NCBI RefSeq assembly: GCF_006345805.1
Contig: NC_043003.1
Location: 13,640,001-13,704,000, forward strand
DNA: 64,000 nucleotides
Reading direction: 5' to 3'
Source: Octopus sinensis
Lineage: Eukaryota
Position 1 is the first letter of the stretch. Each line of letters begins with the position of its first letter. Positions 1 to 13,691 of this stretch are shown here, piece after piece. The notes under the pieces were generated by a model. It was not told the origin of the DNA. It searched no databases and was given only the letters and a program-made list of their open reading frames with translations. Made by a program: the position numbers and the translations under genes.

Positions 1-311
1 AAAACAACCAGTTTTTAAAAGCTGACTAGATAGCAACTAACATAGCCCTACCCATCACTAATGTATTATTTTCTTTCTTTCTTTTTTTTTCTTTTTCTTT
101 TTTTTGTGATACTCCTAAACAAGGAGAGGGCAACTAGGTGGACAGGGATTAAGTGATACCCACTGACCATTATAAAAAAACAAACAAACATATAAATAAA
201 TATATAAAATAGGAAAATTTGTTGGAGGGGGGGGTACTTTTTTTTTGTATAAGTCAAACCTTTAATTTAACCAACAAACACACACTACTCAATCAACCAA
301 CTTGATATCTC

Positions 312-592
312 TCTTTTCTTTTACTTGTTTCAGTCATTTGACTGACTGCGGCCATGCTGGAGCACCGCCTTTACTCGAGCAAATCGGCACCCAGGACTAA
401 TTCATTGTAAGCCTAGTACTTATTTTATCAGTCTCTTTTGTCGAACCGCTAAGTTACGGGGACAGCAAATCGACCCCGGGACTTATTCTTTGTAAGCCTA
501 GTACTTATCGGTCTCTTAAGTTACGGAGACGTAAACACACCAGCATCGGTTGCCAAATGATGTTGGGGATACACACATACATACGTACACAT

Positions 593-625
<33 letters not shown>

Positions 626-801
626 CACACATATATACGATGGGCTTCTTTCAGTTTCCGTCTACCAAATCCACTCACAAGGCTTTGGTCGGCCCGGGGC
701 TACAGTAGAAGACACTTGCCCAAGGTGCCACGCAGTGGGACAGAACCTTGAACCATGTGGTTGGTAAGCAAGCTACTTACCACACAGCCACTCCTGCGCC
801 T
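312..801 (-). mobile_element. tRNA-head CORE-type SINE (family A), with an internal duplication
   Basis: Reverse complement starts AGGCGCAGGAGTGGCTGTGTGGTAAG (A box), ...GGTTCTGTCCC (B box), CTTGGGCAAGTGTCTT (CORE-like) and ends TGACTGAAACAAGTAAAAGA; matches the copy at 48575. Confidence 0.85.
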
Positions 802-1185
802 ATATAAAAAAATATATAAAACATCTTTCTACAGTACCACACACACAAACAAACTATTTATTTAGATGTTTACACACATAAAGAGAATTTAGCCAAGGCA
901 TGGAGTGGACTGCTCCCAATCCATAAAGAGCCACCTTAAGAAAAAAAAAAAAAAGAAACCAACAACAGCAACTGTGAAACACTCCTTAACTGAATAAGAA
1001 AAGAAAATGAAGATGGGGAGGGTGCGGGGGAGCATTTGCAAGGTCTCCCAACCTGCGTAAAATAACAACCAAATCTTTTGCTTTCGTTAGGTAGGTACAT
1101 GGATTAGAGCGGAGTTGGAGCTAAAAAACGGGAGAGAGAGTAAATTCTGTGTATCTGATTGTATATTATAAAATATAGCTATTTG

Positions 1186-1755
1186 CTCTTTTATTTGTTT
1201 CAGTCATTTGACCGCTGCCATGCTGGAGCACCACCTTTAGTCGAACAAATTGACTCCAGGACTTATTCTTTGTAAGCATAGTACTTATTCTATCGGTCTC
1301 TTTTTGCCGAACCGCTAAGTTACGGGGACGTAAACACACCAGCATCGGTTGTCAAGTGATGGTAGGGACAAATAGACACACAAACATACACACACACACA
1401 CACACATATATACGACGGGCTTCTTTCAGTTTCCATCTACCAAATCCACTCACAAGGCTCTGGTCGGCTCGAGGCTATAGTAGAAGACACTTGCCCAAGG
1501 TGCCACGCAGTGGGACTGAACCCGGAACCATGTGGGTTGTCAAGCGATGGTGGTGGTGGTGGGGACAAACACAGACACATACATACATATATATATATAA
1601 CCACGACGGGCTTCTTTCAGTTTCCACCTAACAAATCTACTCACAAGGCCCTGGTCAGACCAAAGCTGACACTTGCCTAATGTGCCATGCCGTGGCACTG
1701 AACCCAGAACCATGTGGTTGGGAAGCAAGCTTCTTACCACACAGCCACTCCTGCT
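1186..1755 (-). mobile_element. Family A SINE with a duplicated 5' half
   Basis: Same body as 312-801; the head segment (gaaccatgtgg...ctcacaaggc) occurs twice. Confidence 0.8.
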
Positions 1756-2342
1756 ACACCACAGGAATGCAAATATATGTGAGGGGGGTGATAAATAGAT
1801 GAATAGCAAGCATGCGTGTGTATGTATGTGTATATGTGTGTATATATATATGTTCATAAAGACTCATACAGACAGAATATTTAAACATTAGTAGTTTTAA
1901 ACTGAGACACAAGGTAAGCTTATGAAGCAGGTATTTTTAGGTAACACAAATTTTTAGCTTCACTACGAAAAGTAGATGTTGCAGTTAAACCACGTTTTTC
2001 TCTGTGACCAATTTCTATTTTGTTTTAAGTTTGTGCATCCTATAAATAGCCGTTTGCTAACTATTCTCTCTCTCTCTCTCTCTCTCCCTCTCTCTGTGGT
2101 CAGGAAAATGAATAACCAATCTCTAATGAAGCAGTAAAAGAGAAAAACAAAAAAAAAAAAAAAAAATGGTAAATGCTGAAACTAGTCAAGCCAATTTCCT
2201 TTTCCTGGTCAGAGAGAGAAAAACATGTGGTTAAACCACACTACCTACTTTACAGGGCCAGACTAAAAACGCACGTTTACTAAAAATATGTTCTCCTAAG
2301 TTTAACTTCACGTCCCTAAATACATACACAGACATATATATA

Positions 2343-2912
2343 CGGAAGGGGGGGGGGGCTAAAAGGTTTCTGGCTTTGGTTTAAAAAAAATACAGGAGGA
2401 TCAGTTAATTATGATTTGGTACAACATACACTACCGTCAGAAATTAATTAGCACCCTTGATTTGCTCTTCACTCAGGGTATGTGCTGTCACCTAGTGGCC
2501 ATATCTCGAACTATTGCTTTGTTGCGAGTTCACTGTTGCGCAGAACGATGACGTAACTTTGTTTGCAGAGCAGTTTGAGAGTCTACAGCCTTATGATGTT
2601 GACATAGCAGTGCAACAAATTGGAGTGCGGATGCAGACAAATCTTCCTTTGTTTAATAGATATAGGTAGCGCCTCGCAAGGACCGAAATCACACCATACT
2701 AAGTTTTCTCATCGCGTAAGACGTTTGAACAGCTCATAGGTAATTGATTTAACCTATTTAATGTAGAAATTTGAGAGTGCTAATTAATTTCTGACGCAAG
2801 TGTATATCCCCTGCCAGATTCACACACTTATTGTAGCAGTCCTTCAGTTTTTCTAAGCCCTGTTAAAGAACTCGGAAGATTGGGCCTCCAACCTGGAACT
2901 TTTCAGCACCCA
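2343..2912. mobile_element. Mariner-like MITE, host of a nested insertion
   Basis: Ends GGGGGCTAAAAGGTTTCTGG / CCTGGAACTTTTCAGCACCC are imperfect inverted repeats; an uninterrupted homologue lies at ~3384-3575. Confidence 0.65.
2429..2802. mobile_element. Tc1/mariner-type MITE inserted at TA
   Basis: TIRs CACTACCGTCAGAAATTAATTAGCAC / GTGCTAATTAATTTCTGACGCAAGTG, flanked by TA at 2427-2428 and 2803-2804. Confidence 0.85.
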
Positions 2913-2936
2913 CCAGTGTGGATGTGTGTATATATA

Positions 2937-3062
2937 GTTAATCCAAACAAGAAAGCACAAAAAAAAACACAACAACGCGAGGACGTGGAACAAATATAGT
3001 ATTATTGGACGCTCAGGAAAGAAGGAGGGTTTAACGTTTCGAGCGGAGCTCTTCGTCGGAAA
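2937..3062 (-). mobile_element. Penelope-like short repeat (family H3), truncated, with a hammerhead-like motif
   Basis: Near-identical to 56882-57075; minus strand reads TTT-CCGACGA-A-GAGC-TCC-GCTC-GAAAC-GTT-AAAC. Confidence 0.6.
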
Positions 3063-3079
3063 TAATAATAATAATTATA

Positions 3080-3232
3080 ATATTAGGGAGTATAACTTCA
3101 AACTTACAGGGAAAAATTCAATTTAGTATTAAATCAAATTTCACAATATAAATATAATATAATTCATTTATTTATGTTTTGGTTTATGTCTATCATTGTT
3201 TGAATTGCATAATAGTGGTTGTATCTCTAATT

Positions 3233-3240
<8 letters not shown>
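3080..3240. mobile_element. Penelope-like tail fragments in opposed orientation
   Basis: 3080-3165 is the reverse complement of the tail at ~23885-23960; 3205-3240 matches 23843-23880 directly. Confidence 0.5.
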
Positions 3241-3276
<36 letters not shown>

Positions 3277-3649
3277 GATGATGATGATGATATGTATGTG
3301 TATGTATGTATGAGTGTACACACATGTACATGCATACATGTTCTGATGTTTTAATGTATTTATGTTCTGATGCTATCATATATAGAAAGGGTTCTGAAAA
3401 GTTCCTGGTTTTGGATAAAAGAAAATACAGGAAGATCACTTAATTATGATTTCATTCAACATATACCCTTCTCAGATTCACACACTTATCGCAACGCTCC
3501 TTCAGTTTCTCTAAGCCCCGTAAAAGAACTTGGAAGGCTAGGCCTCTGACCAAGCCTTTCACGATACTTTTTTTGTAAACACAAACATGTATACACACAG
3601 TGTTTGTGTGTTTACAGTTTAGGACCAAGACAATTAGCACTATTGCCAT

Positions 3650-3928
3650 TCGAGCATGGTCGTTACCAATGTCGCTTCACTGGCACGTGTAAAAAGATTC
3701 GAGCGAGATCGTTGCCAGTGCCACCTGACTGGCCCCCATACCGCTGGCATGTAAAAAGCACCCAATACACTCTCGGAGTGGTTGGCATTAGGAAGGGCAT
3801 CCAGCTGTAGAAACTCTGCCAGATCAAGATTGGGGCCTGGTGCAGCCATCTGGCTCGCCAGCCCTCAGTCAAAATCGTCCAACCCATGCTAGCATGGAAG
3901 GCGGACGTTAAACGATGATGATGATGAT
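3650..3928 (+). mobile_element. RTE-related SINE/non-autonomous element (family D), (GAT)n tail
   Basis: GGTTGGCATTAGGAAGGGCATCCAGCTGTAGAAAC (RTE 5'UTR-like motif), then CCAACCCATGCTAGCATGGAAGGCGGACGTTAAAC(GAT)n. Further copies at ~12555-12830, 47270-47382, 57150-57310 and 62590-62772. Confidence 0.75.
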
Positions 3929-4014
3929 GTGTGTGGTAGCATTTGGATACACATTTGTGTTTGTGGATTGTTTGTGTGCAGCATGTACAGCGAATGCGTT
4001 TGATATGTCCAAAT

Positions 4015-4400
4015 TGTTTGCATGGCTTGGATGAAATTTGCTGAGGCAGATTTTTCTGTGGTTAGATGTCTTTCCTGTCACCAACCTTCACCTGTTTCCA
4101 AGCAAGGTGATATATTTCCCCATGACCAGACAAGGTTTTACAGGCGATTGGAAACAAAGGACACCACTTGCATGATGGTGACATTCGTTTACAACTATCA
4201 CATGATGTCAAGGAAAAGAGACAGTAACACACACAACAAGCTTCTTTCAGTTTCCATTCACCACAAATCCACTCACCAGCCTTTGATTGACCCAGAGCTA
4301 TGACTGACAGAAGGTACTTGCTTCAAGGTGCCATGCAGTGGAACCGAACTCAAAACCATGGGCTTGGGAAGCAAACTGCTTAGCATACAGCCATATCTAC
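4015..4400 (-). mobile_element. SINE with a family A head and an RTE-type tail (family E)
   Basis: Shares cacctgtttccaagcaaggt.atatttcccc with copies at ~38950-39330, 40940-41140, 43910-44262 and 56113-56755. Confidence 0.65.
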
Positions 4401-5027
4401 ATCAGAACATATTTAGACTTAAATGTTACAGAATCAGTTCACTTTTTCCACACCAAAAAACACCACAAAAAACCCCCAAAAAAACAGAAAATATTCTGGC
4501 CAAACATGACATTCCAGTTAGTCGACTAAACTATCCCATATTTTTTCACCTAACAATGTATCATGATATTCTCGTTTACATTAAGAGGTTCAAAGAAGCT
4601 AGAGGAAATATGTTTGATAACGTTAAGTTGGTTAAAGAGCACCGCTCATGTTGACAGAGAGATTAACAAGATGTAGCACTGCAGAGAAAATAGCTGGTTC
4701 ATTATACAAACGATCGAATCAATATATGAAATATATTTACACCTGTTTTCCACGTACTTAGAAGAAATGGGATGGCTTTTACAAGGTGAGACATTTGCAT
4801 ATGGCGTATAACAAATGTTTATATCAAAGCTTTGTTGCTTACAAAATTCAGCTTTATTGGTAGCTCGTGTTCAAATTATAATCTTTACACTGAAGATTAT
4901 ATTTTCCATGGCACTTCAAGCTTACCCAGTTGAAATGAGGGGTTAGACATAGGGGATGGATTAGAGGATATCATTCAACATTTGTCTATTGTTCAGACTA
5001 TATATTAAAAACCACTTGATTGAAGTG

Positions 5028-5270
5028 TGGAGGCACGTGGCTTAGGGTGTTGAACTCATGATCGTATGGTTGTGGTTTCAATTCCTGGACCGGGCGATGC
5101 ATTGTGTTCTTGAGCAAAACACTTCATTTTCACGTTGCTCCAGTCCACTCAGCTGGCAAAAATGAGTAATCCTGCGACGGACTGGTGTCCTGTCCAGGTG
5201 GGGGATTTCTGCGCCACTGAAACTTGGAAACCGGCCCTTATGAGCCTGGCATGGCTCAAGAAGGAAGGAA
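5028..5270 (+). mobile_element. tRNA-head CORE-type SINE (family C)
   Basis: GGAGGCACGTGGCTTAG...GGTTTCAATTCC...TCTTGAGCAAAACACTTCATTTTCACGTTGCTCCAGTCCACTCAGCTG; relatives at 37074-37424, ~46590-46780, 51395-51780 and 60088-60295. Confidence 0.75.
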
Positions 5271-6473
5271 CTGGATTGAAGGTACTGTAACATTACAGCT
5301 GCTGACAGTTTGTACAAGTCTCTGTATAGTCCTGGGTTACTGCAAAAAGATTGGTAGTTCCTATTTCAATGTGGTTAAAAAGCTTACTTCCCAATCACAT
5401 GGTTTTGGGTTCAGTCTGACTGTGGTACCTTGGGCTGACCAATACCTTCTGAGTAATTCTGATAGGCAGAAACTGTGTGAAAATCAGTCGTGTGTGTATA
5501 CATACATACTTCTATCTATCTATGTTTGTGTACATATTTCTTTGAGTATGTCATCTCTCCCAGTACTTGACAACTTGATGACGGTTTGTTTACATCCCCA
5601 TAACTTAACAGTTTCCCTGAAAGACCAATAGAATACATGTCAGACTTAAAAAAAAAAGACGAATACTAGAGTTAATTTGTTTGACTAAAACCCTCCAAGG
5701 TGGTGCCACAGTATGGCCACATCCCAAAGATTGAAACAAATAAAAGATTTCACTTAATTAAGGTGTAATTAAATCCTACAACAAAGAGGTTTAATTTCCC
5801 TACTCTTAGCAGAGAGAGAACTGCATAACAGACATCTGTTAGCTTGTGGTGAAAGTGTTAATTTCTAGTAGATATTTATTTTTAAAAATATCAGAAGAAC
5901 ATGAAATGTCCAAAGATACCCCAAATAAATGAGACAATAAGTTTAATCCTTTAGCATTTAGATTATTCTGTCAAATGTAATGGTCATTTATTCACATCAT
6001 TTTATAGCAATCATGCAATCAATCTCTGAGACTTTGATGATGTGATTGTTTATTTGTAGAATGATATTGTAGGGAAATTTATACTAGTTTTGTATGGATA
6101 TGTAAATGACAATTTAAGTAGCTGGTGGAGCTTTTTCAATTAGCAGTCGGATAAAACAATTCTGAAATTCCATGAAAGATTTTTTTTTCACAGAATGAAA
6201 AAAACTGAAGTGCAAAAGTAAAAATTTTGAAGTTTTCTAATGATTCTTTCTAATTTATGGCACAGGGCCAGCTATTTTGAGGGGAGGGGGAAGTCAATTA
6301 CAGTGACCCCCAGTACTAAACTAGCACTTGTTTTATCAATCCTGATAGGATGAAAGGCAAAGTCAAAAATCTTGGTAGAATTTGAACTCGGAACGTAAAG
6401 TGTCAGAAGAAATGCCACTGAGCATTTTGCTTGGAGTGCTAACGATGCTACCAGCTCACTTGAAGTTTTCCAC

Positions 6474-6504
<31 letters not shown>

Positions 6505-6525
6505 TTACCAAAGGCAGGAAAAGTA

Positions 6526-6758
6526 CAAATTCTGAGACTGGGACATCCAAATTCTGAGACAGGGACATCCAAATCCCGAGACAGGGACATCCAAATCCCG
6601 AGACTGGGACATCCAAATCCCGAGACTGGGACATCCAAATCCCGAGACTGGGACATCCAAATCCCGAGACTGGGACATCCAAATCCCGAGACTGGGACAT
6701 CCAAATCCCGAGACTGGGACATCCAAATTCTGAGACTGGGACATCCAAATTCTGAGAT
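6526..6758. repeat. 22-bp minisatellite, ~10.5 copies
   Basis: Unit CAAATCCCGAGACTGGGACATC, with outer units CAAATTCTGAGAC...; it accounts for the overlapping repetitive ORFs at 6272-6855. Confidence 0.97.
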
Positions 6759-8293
6759 AGTCCAATTTTATTGCTCCCACTGTACTTGGAGGGTACTTAT
6801 TTCATTGACCCCAGAAAGATGGCTCTACAGGAATTTGAACTTACAAAGTAACTAAATACAACACACAGCACTTTACTAATTCTGCCACACCACCTGTGTA
6901 ATGACAATGACGATAAAAACAATGATGATGATGATGATGATGAAAATAAAATAGTCAAATCTACAGCTGTGCTGTGTGCTTACAGTTTTAAAAGCTTGTT
7001 AGTGAGACATAGCCAGGTGCCAGAGGTTTGCTACAGTAAACAGACTATAGTTTTCTTTGTTTCTATAAACAATGTTTTTCAACTCCAGTTTATAAAGTCA
7101 TAGACAAATATCAAGATGATGGATAGGCAAAAATCGTTAGTGAAGCACTGGACAGCAAAATGCCTGGCAGTATTTAGTTATGATCCTTCACGTTCTTGAG
7201 TTCAAATCTTGCTGGGGTTTGACTTTTATACTTCGTAACCAACGAACACTTCCTGCCAAATCTGTGGCCTGTTGTGCCTCTGTTAGAAATGATTATTGCT
7301 GGCAAATGCCACAAACATTTACCAAAACAAAATCAAGACAATCTTGTTAGCTTAATGGATAAATATCATTAACTGTGAAATTATAATTAAAAAGGAACTG
7401 ATGACTGAAGGGTGGCTTAAAAATAATTAAATAATGATTTAAAGTCATTTAATAGAGTGAGATAGTAAATTAAATTTTTTTATTATGTACACAAATTGAA
7501 GATGTGTGACTTTTGTGAGATTAGTTGCTGTTTAGCCTCAGACCAGCCCTGGTCAAGTAAATCTATGATCAAAGATACTGCAGCTAAAATGACTTTGTCA
7601 TTTTGGCAGGAAGGGCAGGTATTGTATACTCTAGACCAGTGCTATTCAAAGAGGTGGTCCACAGACCAGTATGGTCTGTGAGCCATCAGCTGCCAGTTTG
7701 TGGTGAGTTTCCAGAAAAGAAAGAAACATTATGAAATGCTTAAGTAATATTGCATTATTTGTTTACAAGGTAAAAAACAAAAAACTGTCAACTTTTATTA
7801 TATTTGTAGCGAGGCACAAGAAGCTAGCACCATTTTGAACGAGATCTCGCTGATATCAATACTAATTTCAAATTCTGGCACAAGGCCAGCAAATTCAAGG
7901 GAGGGGGTAAGTTGGTTACATCAACCCCAGTGTTCCAACGATACTTATCTTATCGACCCCAAAAGAATGAAAAGTAAAGTCAACCTCAGAGGAATTTGAA
8001 CTCAGAATGTTAAAGACGGATGAAACGCCAAGCATTTTGCCTGGCATGCTAACGATTCTGCCAGCCTACCACCTTAATGAAAAATATATATATATATATA
8101 TATATACTTTTCTACTCTAGGCACAATGCCCGAGGTTTTTGGGGTGGGAACCAGTCGATTAGATCAACCCCAGTATGCAACTGGTACTTAATTTTAATTT
8201 TACCGACCTCGAAAGGATGAAAGGCAAAGTCGTCCTTGGCAGGAACCAGCACCAATATTAACAAGACTCAAGCTCCATGTATAAAACTCTCAC

Positions 8294-8375
8294 CTTGTAT
8301 TTTTGTGTTGTGGGTAGGTAAGCACAAATGCAGCAAGCCTTAGATTACCAAGATATGAGGCAAATGTGCCACTTA
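8294..8375 (-). other. Possible 82-nt internal exon (unverified)
   Basis: Acceptor CTCTTCTCCTTTCAG| and donor AAG|GTGAGA; one open frame (SGTFASYLGNLRLAAFVLTYPQHKNT). No recognisable homology. Confidence 0.2.
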
Positions 8376-8560
8376 CTGAAAGGAGAAGAGACATCCCACA
8401 TGACACCCAGAACAATTTCTCCCTTCCAGGCTTTAATGATCACATCAAGGTATATGCCGTCTGGCTTCACAAACGGAATCTCAGCATATGGATTTTATAT
8501 TACATAACACCCTTACCCACTTTACCCTGGTGGCAATGATATTACACTTTGTTATGTTAC

Positions 8561-8599
<39 letters not shown>

Positions 8600-11422
8600 G
8601 GCTGGTTGGGTCAAGTGGATTTTCAGTGGCTTTTGGTTTGCAACCAGTCTAGATGAGATGAGAGAGAGAAAACACACATGTATGTACATTCTAATAGAAT
8701 GTCCACAACCTTGCAGTATGTCTAAGGTTCTGTCTCTGGTTTAAGTAAATGCAACCAACCCAGAAACCAGTTTTCATTTGATATGCTTTAGACACAAGAA
8801 ATAAAGCCAGAGTTACAAGTGGAGGAAGTATGCAAGGAGGAGGGAGAAGAACTTCAAGGTTGCTAAAATAATTGTCCAGACAAAACATCTTGAAAACGGA
8901 GAAGATAGAAACACAGTAAATAGTAAAATAAAAAAATAAAAACCTGGGTATGCGTGTGTGTGTGAAGTTATAAGGAATATGTTAAATAAATGGGTTGCTT
9001 CACTGTGAAGACATCTTTTATTGTTGAACTGTGGCCATGCTGGAGCACTGCCCTGAAGGCTTTAGTCAAACAAAGGTGTCTCTTTTAAGCCAGTACTAAT
9101 ATTACTTCTGGTTATGGGGATGTAACTAAACCAACATCGTTTGCCAAGCAGTGAACAAAACAAACATGATACACATACATATAGGCTTTCACACACTTTC
9201 TGTCCACCAAATTCACTCACAAGGCTTTCGTTAGCCTAGGGCTATAGAAGACATTTGTTCAAGGTGCCACACAGTGGGACTGAACCTGAAACCATGCGGC
9301 TGAGAAGCAAACTTCTTAACCACACAACCATGCTTGCACCTATGGTAGGTTTCATTAAGTGTACTACACTATTAAATATAGTTGAGTGAAAAAAAAATTG
9401 CAACACTGCATAATATTAGTGCACTACTGCACAACACCAGACGCATATGATGAAAGAGACAGAAGCTAGGACACGTCTTAACTAGAATGATACATAAAGA
9501 CTTCGTTAGTTTCCAAACACTGATTACACAGCAAAGTATGATTAAGCAATAAGCAAGTTTGATAAATAGAACTTCTCTATGTAATGGAATTTCGTATAAA
9601 CATGTAACTAAGCTTTTGAATGTGTGTGTGTGTGTGTGTGAGAATTGCTCTGTGTATGTGATTGTGCTAATAAAGTGGTTACCATGGCAATAGAATCATC
9701 ACATGATTTGTTGTAAAATAAACAAACTTGGTTGGTGAAGACGGGAATAAAAGTATTATGATTTTGTTTGGTGTTTATGATCATCATCAACAATATCTTA
9801 ATATCGTTTTATAATTTCTGGTTTTAATACATAGAAAGACGCAAATAAAAAGAAAATCCTTCAATAATAACACACCATGAGAGAAATAAAAAAAATATTA
9901 ATTCTTAATTTATTTACTAAATAATGAAAAGAGACAAGTGCAGGTATCATTATCATTTAAGTGTAAGCTCAAAACAACTTTATATCTCGAGTATTCACAG
10001 CAATGAACACAGAACGACAATGAATAAACCATACATTAACAATACATGTGAGTCTTATTTTAATTTTAGAAATAAATTTTATTTATCATCATCCCCATTA
10101 TCTTTCGCAGCTGCCAAGCTGACAGAGTTACAGCCTAGGTTGAACTGAGGATCAAAATTGGGTGTCTGGCATTTTGAAGGTTGTTAAGTGCTCAGAGACT
10201 TCTACCTGTCAGGTAACGAAGCTGGTGAACTTCCGCATCAGCTTTTTTACAGAGGGCCGGTGATGGACATGAGCAACACCATCAAGGGAAACTATGAATG
10301 TGAGGTTCAATGAAAATCAATTGGACTGAAGGCCTGGAGATCTTTTAGTGCAGGGGCTAAGGATTACTTCCAGTAATATTTGGGCTCGTCTGAGTTCAAA
10401 TTCTGCCGAGGTCGACTTTGCCTTTCATCCTTTCGGGGTCAATAAATTAAGTACCAGTTACACACTGGGGTTGATGTAATCGACTTAATCCGTTTGTCTG
10501 TCCTTATTTGTCCCCTCTATGTTTAGCCCCTTGTGGGCGATAAAGAAACAAATACTATCAGGTATGTGTATATGTGGTGGGTACTGTCAGTTCACAAAAA
10601 ACCCTACAAGGAGCTAAAGCACCATCAAGCTGGTCCTGCCTATGGTGCACCCAGACTGCTTGGCATATACTTGTATATGAACATTGTTGAGCAGCTGTTG
10701 ACTTGTATAGGATGAGTCCATCGAAATTAACAATCACCTTCCTATGGCCAACAAGGGTTGTAAGCAATTTTCCTCTGTCAGGTGACAATGGTGAAGAAGG
10801 GTGCACGTTAGATATGACCAAACATCAACCAAATCCAAAACCTCATCGACTTCAGGGTGAAGAGAATGAGCGCAATAGTACCCTCCAAAAAATATTTTGA
10901 ATACTAAGTGAGAGTGCAGTGCATGGCTTGACTTTCAGCATGCACTTATAAACCAAATAATAAAACTGGAATAGGGCACTTAAAAATAATTCTGGATCTG
11001 TTGGGGGTGGACCTGAGATGGCATTTCTTCTCTTGAGGCATTATCATGTTTTGCATACGGTGTATACCACCATTTCTTTTCATTTAATTTCATTCAATTT
11101 CAATGTAAACAACCATCCCTTTGTGGCAATAATAAATTCTTTATTATTATTTATTATTATTATTATTAGCTGCCAGAATCGTTCACACACTATGCAAAGT
11201 GCTTAGTAGCATTTCGTCTGTCTTCATAGTTCTGAGTTCAAATTCCACCATGGTTGACTTTACCTTTCATCATTTCAGGAGATGATAAAATAAGTACCAG
11301 TTGAACACTGGGCTCAATGTAATCAATTACCCAACCACTACACCCCCAAAATTGTTGGCCTTGAGCCAAAATTCAAAGCCGCTGCCGCCGCCACCAACGC
11401 CCCCACCATCATCATTAATTAA

Positions 11423-11618
11423 GGCAACAAGCTGGCAGAATCATTAGCATGCCAGGCAAGATGCTTAGCAGTATTTTGTCAGTCTTCACTTTCTGAGTTC
11501 AAATTCTGCTGAGGTCAACTTTGCCTTTCATCCTCTCGGGATCAATAAATTAAGTACCAGTGAATCAACTAGTCCCCTCCTCGCAAATTTCAGGCCTTGT
11601 GCCTATAGTAGAAAGGAT
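11423..11618 (+). mobile_element. Nin-domain-type tRNA SINE (family B)
   Basis: GCTGGCAGAATCATTAGC...GAGTTCAAATTC...GCCTTTCATCCTCTCGGGATCAATAAATTAAGTACCAG; a tandem neighbour lies at ~11168-11380. Confidence 0.75.
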
Positions 11619-13050
11619 TATTATTATTACTATTATTTACTTGAAATAACCAATCTTATTACTATACTTTTTAATAGGATTATTTCAAAGCTGTTTATTT
11701 GAACACTTGGCAAAAATATGCTACAGAATTGTCTAACTTTCATCTCCTTATACACAAACAACAAACACACATCAAGAGAAGCTCCCAGCATAATATACAC
11801 TAGCCAGCCAGCATATGTTTTCCATTTGCCTTGAAGTTTCAACAGTAAACAAGAAAAACAAGAAAAAAGACCTGTAACCGTTTGAGGTGACTTCAGAGTG
11901 AAACTTGTTATTATTTCTACTGCGCCTGGACCTCAGTATAGCAAAGACAAGATATTTGGCGCGGGGAGGTAAGAATCCCGGCAAAGACAAAAATAAAATA
12001 AGACAAAAGAACTGGTAAATTAGGTACCCCAGCTGCTACAAGAAGAAACCCACGTTGTTACTAAGATACACACCGTGGACACCGGATTGTGGTGGCAACA
12101 ATGACGACGACCACCGCCAGCATCATTATTACTACTGCACAGCAACAAAAACTAGTCGAGTTGATAGATGTGTTTGTGGGAGGCTGTACGCAGATGTAGG
12201 TGCATGTAAAAAGCATAAACCAATAAATAAAGTATAGGTATTCAGGAAGTAGATCAAACACTGGGTAACACTACTGAGGATGTAAGCAACCTGGAGTCTT
12301 TTTTTTCTTCTTTCTTTTCAAACAAGGTTGTTATTGAGTGAAGCCATTTCAACTTGGAAGCTCAGTACAGTGTACATGCTTTGTTTTATATTTATTTTTT
12401 TTTCTTCCTTAATTAATGAAACAACTGCATGAACAGCAGTGAAGCTTTAATCAGCAGCCTAACCTATTGATAAAACTGTGAAACAGGGAGGTGGAGAAAA
12501 ACCCTATGTGGCTGACTGACCTACTAGATATAGCAGCAAAATTTCTCTTGTGCCGAAAAACATTCAAGCAAGGTTGTTGCCAGTGTCGCTGGACTGGCTC
12601 CTGTACAGGTGGCACATAAAAAACCACTTGAGCATGGCCATTGCCAGTACCACCTGATTGGCCCTAAGCACCCACTACACTCTCAGAGTGGTTGGCGTTA
12701 GGAAGAGAATCCAGCTGTAGAAACACTGCCGGATCAGATTGGAGCCTGGTGCAGCCATCTGGTTCGCCAGTCCTCAGTCAAATTGTCCAACCCATGCTAG
12801 CATGGAAAGCGGACATTAAATGACGATGATAATATTAGAATATAGTCATCATCACATGATATATGTCTACAAAAGCTTCAACATAAAGAAGTGTAACAAA
12901 AGACACTCAGCTGAATCAGATCAACCACTATACCTTACATTGGTGTAAAAAATGATAAACCATTAAGCTGTAAGTTATGGAATTTACAGCCATGTCACAC
13001 TGAAAATATAACCCCAATTCTTATCTGAACACTGAATTTTAGAAACAATT

Positions 13051-13691
13051 TACTGTAAAAACCTATGTAATTTTCACACCTGTGTAATATACGCAGGTGA
13101 CTTTCAGGATAAAATTTGTTAAAAAAAAAGCTTCTACTCATGTAAAGATCGCACCTAAAAGTCTTCAGAATTACTGAAATGGCCTGGGGGAAAAGGTTTT
13201 CAATTTAGTTGTATTTAGCGTAGTTTCACTTAATTATGATTAGATTTTATCAAATTTTCACTAAATAAAAATAATTTCTGTTTAACAGGTATCACATTAA
13301 AAGCTATTACATTACAAAGTGCTTGTGTTGTTTATAATAATATGGCCCGGACCATGATTACCAGCACGAATGTCAGACTTCAAAAAATAGTTAAGCATTT
13401 AATGGTTTTAGTAAATTTATACAGAAAAAGTAAGCATTACACTGTTCAGCATAAATAAGAGTCAACTTCATTATATCTAAGACTTGATTTTTTCTGTAAA
13501 AACCTTTTCTGACACTAAATGAGACAACTTCTGGTACAAATGTTTACATTTTGTATGTCTTTTTTCAACAAAAAAAATTTCTAAAAATTCTGGAAATGAT
13601 CTACTCATGTAGTTTATGCACCCCTAAAGTTTATTTTTTATTTTTGCGAAAAAAAAAAAATGTGTAAATTACATGGGTTTTTTTTACAGTA
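13051..13691. mobile_element. Degenerate Tc1/pogo-like MITE
   Basis: TACTGTAAAAACCTATGTAATTTTCACAC ... GTGTAAATTACATGGGTTTTTTTTACAGTA form imperfect TIRs. Confidence 0.55.

Noticed and set aside
557-1857. Recurring peptide RLPNPLTRLWSARGYSRRHLPKVP
   Set aside because: Antisense reading of the family A SINE head, not a gene family.
6272-6855. Long overlapping ORFs and a CRISPR-like look
   Set aside because: Pure 22-bp tandem repeat with no spacers; the ORFs are repeat artefacts.
7825-7845. TAGCACCATTTTGAA, similar to miR-29
   Set aside because: No complementary 5' arm to form a precursor hairpin.
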